DNA of 50,559 bases from Reclinomonas americana ATCC 50394 (lineage: Eukaryota), in the NCBI GenBank assembly GCA_048213135.1, contig PS015082.1, positions 109,012 through 159,570 of the forward strand, given 5' to 3'. Under the pieces are notes generated by a model, which worked only from the letters and a program-made list of their open reading frames with translations, made no database searches and was not told the origin of the DNA. Below, piece by piece: positions 36,741-46,000 of this stretch (position 1 is its first letter; every line of letters starts with the position of its first letter). The translations under genes were made by a program, and so were the position numbers.

Positions 36741-36948
36741 TGTGTTGCGGCGTGAGTGAGTTGTCCTTTTTCAAGAGGACCATTTATTGGACTTCCACTC
36801 GGCGACGCTCGACTGCATACTAATAAGAAAGCAAAAGACATATGCACCCAACCGGCATGGAACATTACAACAAGAAGACAACACTTGGAGAAGAGAATCG
36901 AGACAGGCAAAAGAGGAGAGAGAGATGCATGTCGAAGCAACTTGTCAT

Positions 36949-38049
36949 TCACTCCTTCACCGCAGACGACCATCGATAGACCACGACCTCAGCCTCCTCC
37001 ACGATGAAGCACCGCAATACGATCTCCACCAAGCAGTGCCGACGCGATTCCTCCTCCTCATCGTCCCCGAACAGCACCTCCTGCACCGCAAGCACGACCG
37101 ACCGCGCACAGTTGAGCTCCAACTGAGCGAGGCCGCAAGCAGTGGACCACACTGTCACAGTCGTTTCTTCGCTCCCGCAAGCGCTCGCAATGTGCTGACC
37201 ATCGGGAGAGACAGCAACAGACCGTACCCAGGACGCATGCCCCTCCAATCGTTGCACTTGCTCCCCATTTGCCAGTGACCACACTCGAATTGTTTTGTCA
37301 TGGCCCGCACTAACAATGAACTGACCATCGGGAGTCACGGCGACACAAGTCACGGCCTCAGTGTGCCCCTCCAACCTTCGCACCTCTGCACCACTCTCCA
37401 GTGACCACAATCGCACTATCCCGTCTCCACTCCCACTCACGACATGCTGACCGTCAGGGGTGATGGTAACCGACCACACGAAGCAGCTGAAGCTGTGAAC
37501 CTCCAACCGCCGCACCTCCTCTCCACTGGCGAGCGACCACACACGCAGTGCACTGTCAAAGCTGCCACTGACAACGTGCTGACCGTCGGGAGTGACGGCC
37601 ACGTCAAACACCAAATCGATGTGCCCCTCCAACCGTCGCACCTGCTTTGCATTTGCAAGTGACCACACGCGCACAGTTTTATCGGCACCTCCGCTCACAG
37701 CGTGTAGACCGTCAGGAGTGACGGCGACAGAATACACAGCGCCCTTGTGTTTCGTGAACCGGCGCACCAACTTGCCACTCGCCAGTGACCACACTCGCGC
37801 GGTCGCATCGTCACTTGCACCGACGACGTACTGGCCATCGGGAGTGACGGTGACAGACCACACGTAGCCAATGCGACCCTCCATCCGTCGCACCATCTTG
37901 CCACTCGCCGGCGACCACACGCGCACGGTCTTATCGTAGCCTCCACTCACAATGTGGAGACCGTCGGGCGTGAAAGCGACAGTGGTAACTGTGCTAGTGT
38001 GTCCATTCAAGGTTGCGCATGCGTGAAACCAGGGAGCTGCAGAGGACAT
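36949..38049 (-). CDS. Intronless WD40 protein, 7 repeats plus the conserved tail (paralogue 2)
   Basis: Uninterrupted ORF. Start MSSAAPWFHACATLNGHT chosen by alignment with paralogue 1. Confidence 0.9.
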   Translation of the reverse strand: MSSAAPWFHACATLNGHTSTVTTVAFTPDGLHIVSGGYDKTVRVWSPASGKMVRRMEGRIGYVWSVTVTPDGQYVVGASDDATARVWSLASGKLVRRFTKHKGAVYSVAVTPDGLHAVSGGADKTVRVWSLANAKQVRRLEGHIDLVFDVAVTPDGQHVVSGSFDSALRVWSLASGEEVRRLEVHSFSCFVWSVTITPDGQHVVSGSGDGIVRLWSLESGAEVRRLEGHTEAVTCVAVTPDGQFIVSAGHDKTIRVWSLANGEQVQRLEGHASWVRSVAVSPDGQHIASACGSEETTVTVWSTACGLAQLELNCARSVVLAVQEVLFGDDEEEESRRHCLVEIVLRCFIVEEAEVVVYRWSSAVKE

Positions 38050-38348
38050 GGTGTGTGCGCGGGGTGATGGAGACATGTGTGAGTTGTCCTTCACCAAGCG
38101 AGGACTTTCTTGACGTCACAAACCATCGCTTGGCGATTCAGAGTGCTGCTGCTCGACTGTTTACTGATAAGAATGCAAGATGTATATGCTCTCAAGCAGC
38201 AACATCAAGAAAGATAACAATTGCATTGCAGGGCACGAGAAAAATCGAGACAGCTGATCGCTCGAAAGAGGAGGGAGAAAGAGATACCTGTCGAAGACAA
38301 CCACGTCGTCCACACCTACCGCGTTTCACTCCTTCACCACCGTTATTG

Positions 38349-39560
38349 TCACAGACGATCGTCCGTCAACCATCGATAGACCACGACCTCAGCCTCCTCC
38401 ACAATGAAGCACCGCAACACAATCTCCACCAAGCAGTGCCGACGCTCCTCCTCCTCCTCACCGTCGTCCTCTAACTGCACCTCCTGCACCACATGCATGG
38501 CCATCCGTGCGCAGTTGAGCTCCTGCCGAGCAAGACCAAGTGGCGTGGACCACACCCGCACGGTATTGTCCCTACCCCCACTGACAATGTGCTGACCATC
38601 GGCGGTGACGGCCACATCACACACCGCATCTGTGTGTCCCTCCAACCATCGCACCTCTTCTCCACTCACCACAGACCACACCCGTACGGTCTTGTCTGCA
38701 ACCCCAAAGACGACGTGTTGACCGTCGGGAGCAACGGCGGTACACGTCATGCGTCTCTCGATTCGGTGCACCTCTTCGCCACTTGCCAGCGACCACACTA
38801 GCACTGTGTCATTGAAACCCCAGCTCACGATGTGCTGGCCATCGGGAGTGACCGCAACCGACCACACGTAGTCGCCGTGACCCTCCAGCCGTCGCACCTC
38901 CTCCCCACTCGCCAGCGACCACACGCGCACAGTCTTGTCGAAGCTGCCACTCACGATGTGCTGGCCATTGGGGGTGACAGTGACACTGGATACTGTGCCC
39001 GTGTGTCCTTTCAATCGTCGCACTTGCTTGCCACTCCCCAGTGACCACACTCGCACAGTCGTATCAAAACCACCGCTCACAATGTGTTGGCTGTCGGGAG
39101 TGACGGCAATGCACTGCGCTCCAAATCTACCTCTCTCCCACCGTCGCACCTCCTCTCCACTGGCCAATGACCACACTTGCACCACCTTTTCAGAGGAGCG
39201 GCTCACCACATGCCGACCATCGGGAGTGACAATAACAGCACGCAAAATGCCGGTCATGTGCCCCTCCAACCGTCGCACCAGCTCGCCACTCACCACCGAC
39301 CACACCCACGGCGCACCATCTGCATCACCCCAGATCACCAGCTGCTGCCCATCGGGAGTGACACGAAAAGACAACGACAACTCAGCGTTCGCTTCAAACT
39401 GTTGCACTTGCACACCAGTTGCCAGCGACCACACGCGCACAGTGCTGTCACTGCCACCGCTCACAACGTGCAGACCGTCTGCGGTGACTGCAACATACTC
39501 CACAAAGTGTGTGTGTCCATGCAAGCATTTGCAAGGAAGCGACGGTGGAGTCAATGACAT
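38349..39560 (-). CDS. Intronless WD40 protein, ~8 repeats (some degenerate) plus the conserved tail (paralogue 3)
   Basis: Uninterrupted ORF. Start MSLTPPSLPCKCLHGHT chosen by alignment with the paralogues. Confidence 0.9.
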   Translation of the reverse strand: MSLTPPSLPCKCLHGHTHFVEYVAVTADGLHVVSGGSDSTVRVWSLATGVQVQQFEANAELSLSFRVTPDGQQLVIWGDADGAPWVWSVVSGELVRRLEGHMTGILRAVIVTPDGRHVVSRSSEKVVQVWSLASGEEVRRWERGRFGAQCIAVTPDSQHIVSGGFDTTVRVWSLGSGKQVRRLKGHTGTVSSVTVTPNGQHIVSGSFDKTVRVWSLASGEEVRRLEGHGDYVWSVAVTPDGQHIVSWGFNDTVLVWSLASGEEVHRIERRMTCTAVAPDGQHVVFGVADKTVRVWSVVSGEEVRWLEGHTDAVCDVAVTADGQHIVSGGRDNTVRVWSTPLGLARQELNCARMAMHVVQEVQLEDDGEEEEERRHCLVEIVLRCFIVEEAEVVVYRWLTDDRL

Positions 39561-39702
39561 GGTGTGGAAGAGAGAGAGAGTGCGTGAGAGAGTGTGCGCG
39601 TGTGACAAAACTCGCGTGCAAGGGACAGTGGCCGACAGTCTTCATATCACTTTCGCCTTCGTTGTGTTTGCAGTGTGTGTGTCGCCTTCTGCGCGCGTGT
39701 GT

Positions 39703-39742
39703 GTGACTGTGACTGTGACTGTGACTGTGACTGTGACTGTGA
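39703..39742 (+). repeat. (GTGACT)n hexamer array directly upstream of the TTRAY ATG, inside a 182-bp divergent intergenic region
   Basis: About 6.5 perfect copies. Confidence 0.9.
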
Positions 39743-39866
39743 ATGGAGCTCGATCGCATTGCGACTCTGTCGCTGCCTGAAGGCGAATTGCGCGCCATTA
39801 GCTTCCACCCGCTGGATAGCACAGTGGCAATGGCAGTCGATCGTGAAATCCAAGGCATGTTTGCAT

Positions 39867-39897
<31 letters not shown>

Positions 39898-39973
39898 GAG
39901 GAGGGAGGGAGTGTGTGTATGAGAGGGTGAGCATGGCGTGCCACTCTCCTCTCTCTCCTCTCTCCTCTCCTCC

Positions 39974-40008
<35 letters not shown>

Positions 40009-40822
40009 NNNNNNNNNNNNNNNNNNNNNNNNNNNNNNNNNNNNNNNNNNNNNNNNNNNNNNNNNNNNNNNNNNNNNNNNNNNNNNNNNNNNNNNNNNNN
40101 NNNNNNNNNNNNNNNNNNNNNNNNNNNNNNNNNNNNNNNNNNNNNNNNNNNNNNNNNNNNNNNNNNNNNNNNNNNNNNNNNNNNNNNNNNNNNNNNNNNN
40201 NNNNNNNNNNNNNNNNNNNNNNNNNNNNNNNNNNNNNNNNNNNNNNNNNNNNNNNNNNNNNNNNNNNNNNNNNNNNNNNNNNNNNNNNNNNNNNNNNNNN
40301 NNNNNNNNNNNNNNNNNNNNNNNNNNNNNNNNNNNNNNNNNNNNNNNNNNNNNNNNNNNNNNNNNNNNNNNNNNNNNNNNNNNNNNNNNNNNNNNNNNNN
40401 NNNNNNNNNNNNNNNNNNNNNNNNNNNNNNNNNNNNNNNNNNNNNNNNNNNNNNNNNNNNNNNNNNNNNNNNNNNNNNNNNNNNNNNNNNNNNNNNNNNN
40501 NNNNNNNNNNNNNNNNNNNNNNNNNNNNNNNNNNNNNNNNNNNNNNNNNNNNNNNNNNNNNNNNNNNNNNNNNNNNNNNNNNNNNNNNNNNNNNNNNNNN
40601 NNNNNNNNNNNNNNNNNNNNNNNNNNNNNNNNNNNNNNNNNNNNNNNNNNNNNNNNNNNNNNNNNNNNNNNNNNNNNNNNNNNNNNNNNNNNNNNNNNNN
40701 NNNNNNNNNNNNNNNNNNNAGAGAGAGGAGGAGGAGGAGGAGGAGGAGGTAGGTAGTGTGTAGTGAGTAGGAGCGCGTCGCGTCGTCGCCTCTCTCTCTC
40801 TCTCCTCCTCACTCTCCCGCTG

Positions 40823-40875
<53 letters not shown>

Positions 40876-41409
40876 TCTCTCTCTCTCACTCACTCTCTGT
40901 CTCTTGTTGTCGCGTTTCGTCTGTTTCTCTCTCTGTTTCTCACGTTGTTTGCGTGTCAGAGTATGATTTGAACACGGGCGCGCGGCTGTCGAGCTTCCGC
41001 ACCGATTTGAGGACGACGCACTTGCTGCATTCACAGACGAACAATGCATTGATTGCGGCAATGGAGGTAAGAATACTTTTCTTCACACACGTGCACGTGT
41101 GCGCACGCGCAAACTGAGGAGAAGGGAGAGAGAGAGAGAGAGAGAGAGTGCGTGCAGCTGTCATCCCTCGCGCACACTTGCAGAGAAAGGAGAGAGGAAG
41201 AGAAGTCGAAGATTTACCAACTCAGAGAGGAGAGGGAGAACGAGAGCTTCCACGCGCAATCACAGAGAAGGAAGAGAGAGGGAGCGCATTCAGCTGGTTG
41301 CTCTCCCTTTGTGTCCTGTCACACACGGAGCAGCGGCGAGAGAGAGAGAGAGGAACGAGAAAGAGTTCCGTTCGCTGGTAAGCCTTTGCTCCAAAACAGT
41401 CGCAGAGAA

Positions 41410-41453
<44 letters not shown>

Positions 41454-42893
41454 TANNNNNNNNNNNNNNNNNNNNNNNNNNNNNNNNNNNNNNNNNNNNN
41501 NNNNNNNNNNNNNNNNNNNNNNNNNNNNNNNNNNNNNNNNNNNNNNNNNNNNNNNNNNNNNNNNNNNNNNNNNNNNNNNNNNNNNNNNNNNNNNNNNNNN
41601 NNNNNNNNNNNNNNNNNNNNNNNNNNNNNNNNNNNNNNNNNNNNNNNNNNNNNNNNNNNNNNNNNNNNNNNNNNNNNNNNNNNNNNNNNNNNNNNNNNNN
41701 NNNNNNNNNNNNNNNNNNNNNNNNNNNNNNNNNNNNNNNNNNNNNNNNNNNNNNNNNNNNNNNNNNNNNNNNNNNNNNNNNNNNNNNNNNNNNNNNNNNN
41801 NNNNNNNNNNNNNNNNNNNNNNNNNNNNNNNNNNNNNNNNNNNNNNNNNNNNNNNNNNNNNNNNNNNNNNNNNNNNNNNNNNNNNNNNNNNNNNNNNNNN
41901 NNNNNNNNNNNNNNNNNNNNNNNNNNNNNNNNNNNNNNNNNNNNNNNNNNNNNNNNNNNNNNNNNNNNNNNNNNNNNNNNNNNNNNNNNNNNNNNNNNNN
42001 NNNNNNNNNNNNNNNNNNNNNNNNNNNNNNNNNNNNNNNNNNNNNNNNNNNNNNNNNNNNNNNNNNNNNNNNNNNNNNNNNNNNNNNNNNNNNNNNNNNN
42101 NNNNNNNNNNNNNNNNNNNNNNNNNNNNNNNNNNNNNNNNNNNNNNNNNNNNNNNNNNNNNNNNNNNNNNNNNNNNNNNNNNNNNNNNNNNNNNNNNNNN
42201 NNNNNNNNNNNNNNNNNNNNNNNNNNNNNNNNNNNNNNNNNNNNNNNNNNNNNNNNNNNNNNNNNNNNNNNNNNNNNNNNNNNNNNNNNNNNNNNNNNNN
42301 NNNNNNNNNNNNNNNNNNNNNNNNNNNNNNNNNNNNNNNNNNNNNNNNTCTCTCTCTCTCTCTCTCTCTCATACCTCTCTCTCACACACCCTTCCCTTCT
42401 CGCACAGGATGGCTCCATCAACGTGTGGAACCTGAACGAGCACAAGCTGCACGTGACGCACGTGCCTGTGCGCACAATTGAGCGCAAGCCGATTGTCGCC
42501 TGTGCGATGGCCCACACGCAGCCGACACTGCTCTACTCCAAGGGCTCCAAAGAGATTCACGGTGCGCATTTATCCACGCACTCCTTTCCTTTGCCCCTCG
42601 TTTGCTGATTTCTTTTGTCGCACGACTGCAGTGTTTAGCATTTACGGCGCCGAGTTGGAGAAGCCGCGTCTGGAGGGACACAATCGTGTCATTTCGGCCA
42701 TTTGTGCGCACCCGCGCGTGGATCAAGTGGTGTCGGGCTCCGTCGAGGGTCACATCAAGATTCACGATTTCGAGTCGGGAGCCTTGCGTGCTGAGTTGAC
42801 CGGTATGCGCCTTCCTCCCTCCCTTCGTCTCCACCTCTCTATGTTTTTCCTCTGTCTCCTTCACTCCCTCTGTCTTTCTCCTCCTTTTTATTC

Positions 42894-42953
<60 letters not shown>

Positions 42954-42976
42954 CTCTCTCTTCTCTCTTCTTCTCT

Positions 42977-43022
<46 letters not shown>

Positions 43023-46000
43023 TCGCTTTTCCTTCCCCTGCGTCTCCCTCCTTCCTTCCCTCCTTGTCTCTTTCCCTCCTTCCCTCTCCTTTTCTCCCTC
43101 TCTCTCCCTCTCTCTCCCTCCTTCGTTTTTTTCTTCCCCTGCGTCTCCCACCCTCCTTCCCTCACCCTTCCTGTCCTTTTCTCTCTCACAGAACACTTGA
43201 CCGGCAACGCCCGCGTGGGCATCAGTGCGCTCACCTTTGACGCCGCTGGCACAATTCTCGTGGCTGGCACCACCGAGGGGCAGCTGGCGTTCTGGGACAC
43301 GGGTTCTGGTGGCACTCCGCGTTTCAAGGCCAGGTGGGGCGTGTGTGCCTGTTGATGTTGCACCACACACACACTCTCGCTTCTCTTGCTCACTCACTCT
43401 CTCTCTCTCTCTCTCTCCCTCCCTCCCATGGCAGCGTGCGCATGAGCTCGCGCCGCGTGCTCAGTATCCAGTACCACCCGTACCTCGGGTTCTTCTTTGT
43501 GCTGACGGCCGACGGCGATTTGACCGCATGGTTCCTGCGCAAGGACAAGAAGGACGCCGAGTCCCTGTGCCAGTACGGCGCATTCAAGGTGCGCTGTGCA
43601 CACAACTCGCCATGTGTCTCACACTTGTTGTGCTCATTTTTTCTGTCGCTCGCCACAGATTTACAACGTCTTTATTGCCGATCGCACGTGCCGCGTGCCG
43701 TCGATTGAACGCTTCAGCTTCAACTTCCATCCGCGCGCCAACTTTGCCATGTTCCTCGGCGTCGTCAATCCAATGTCTTCCAAGCTGCCAGTGTTCTCCA
43801 TGCAGCAGCGCAGCAACCCGCGTGCCATTCTGCCGTGTGTCTTGTCGAACGAGTTGGACCCGGCGCTCGTCCTTGCCGACCCCATCTACATTTCGCCAGT
43901 GTCGGGAGGTGTGTTGGGAGGTCTGTCCGTTCCACTGCGTGGCAGCACGCGTCACCAATCATTATGGTTCTGCAGATGACGCGAGCGGTGCCAGCTCGTC
44001 TGCTGGCTCACAGGCAGACTCGCGCCCACGTGGTGTCATGCCAGCCGACAAGAGCCGCGTGTTCCCCTCCATTGTCTTCTACACAGATTTGTACTACGGC
44101 TCGTACGTGCTGATGAAGCAGTCGTTGCTGTCGGATCAAGTCGATCGCGTTACTGGCTTGACGAAATCGGTCTGTCAGACTGATAGAGTCTATTGTCGTG
44201 GATTGCTGATTTCTCTCGTGATGTAGAGTGAGGATCCGTCCGACCAGGATCTGTACAGACCAGTGCGTCTGTCGCGCAGTGTCAAGGGCAACCGCTTCCT
44301 CATTGTGCTGCAAGGTCACGGCTTCAATGTTCGCGGTCGAGGTAACCTCACGATCTCGTCGTGCCCACGACGATCTTCTTTGTTGCTTGTACTCACCCTG
44401 CGTTGACACACGCAGAGTTGCTCAACAAGTACGCACTCTGCAGCAGCGACGCCGACAACAGCTGCACTCCGCTAATGCCGGGACGGGACGGTGTCTTTGT
44501 GGGTCCTGATGACATGGATTACCTCATTTTGTCGCACGACGGCAAATCGGTGAGTGCTTGTGTCTGACTGCGCTGTGACAGCACATGGCTGATGGGGCAA
44601 TGGAATGCATTAGATATCGTTGCACACTCTGGCGTCGGAGATGCCGCCAGTTACGTGTCCAGTGGAAGACGACATGCAAATCGATCGCGCGTGGCCGTGC
44701 AAGTGGGGTTCGTCGTCGCTTGTCGCATCATCGGCGTTTGTATTCAGAGCTCCTCACACGCGTGTGATGTGCACGACAGGCGCCGATCCCAATGCTGCTC
44801 TCTACTACGACAAGCGCGGACACCAGCTGATTCTGTCGGCATCGTTTGCGTCCCCTGGCCTTCCTGGTGTCGCCCGCTACGCCCCCTCGTCACAACACAC
44901 GTTCCCGCTGTTGGATCTGGAGTCGCTGGTCGACGTGATGTGGACGACACATGCTGTGACTTCGTCGGGCCTTCCGCAGACGGTGGTTGGTGTGCTGACC
45001 ACTCGTCGCGCCATTATTCTGTCGGCCAAGCTCGGCTTGATCTCGTTCTTCGAGAACACGTCTGTCTTTGTTGCGTTCCAGCGTCGTCGTGTTCACGAAT
45101 TCTACTGTCCCTTCTTAATAACGACTACTTCGTGCAGACTCACCGCTCATGCCTGTGGATCGGACAATGCCTGCTCTTCAACACGGACGTGGAGGTGCGA
45201 GTGCTCTCCGCCGACGGCACGTGCACCACGGTGTGCACCATTGATACACCGAATTCGAGTTACATTATAGTTCTTCTCTCTCCCTCTCCCTCTCTTGCAT
45301 CTCACGCTCACGGGCCCTTTCCTGCAGTGCTGTGCACTGTGCTGCAAGATCGCATCATTTTCGCCAGCTTCATGAAGGAGAAGACGTTCTTGTGGCACCG
45401 TGGTGTTGCGTCATTGCTTCTCTCTTTCTCTCTCTGTTGGATTCCGTCTGCTCATACCACTGCAGATTGGTCTGCTGGAGCCGCTGATGCTCGGTATTCT
45501 TGGCATGCATGACCACGTGCGAAAGCAGCCGAACGAAGACGCCGACGCTGTGACTGCGCGCACATCTGCACTATTGCACTCGTTGACAAAGCGGTGTGTG
45601 CGCGAGTTTGTGAGTTCTGCTGCATGTCCGCGACGCTGCCTCACCTGTCGGACTCGGCGATTGCAGATTTGATGGAAACCGCATCGGTCCCACCCTGGTC
45701 GACCGCGTGCAAAGAAGTGGATTCTCGTCCTTGGCTTTGGAGTTGGTGCGCTTGTTCCCTGTCGGCGGAGTTGTTTGTGCATGTCTGCACTCACGAGTGT
45801 GACGTGGTAGGTGTTGAATGCACCGGAGCGTTTCCTCTGGCCATTCCGGTTCGGCATCGCGCTGAAAGCGCTGCGCTTTGACCGCGCGTACGAGGTGCTG
45901 GATCAACAGCGCAAGATCGAGAATGGAGTGGACTCCAGTTTCGCCGTCTCCGCGTGGTGTCAACAGAGCGCGCCTTGTCATTCACATTCATTCTATTACG

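Noticed and set aside
39448-42517. Long ORFs in the ORF track spanning N runs, plus many antisense, Leu/Ser-rich or Arg/Glu-rich ORFs
   Set aside because: These are artefacts of gaps, (CT)n/(GA)n microsatellites and high GC content, not genes.
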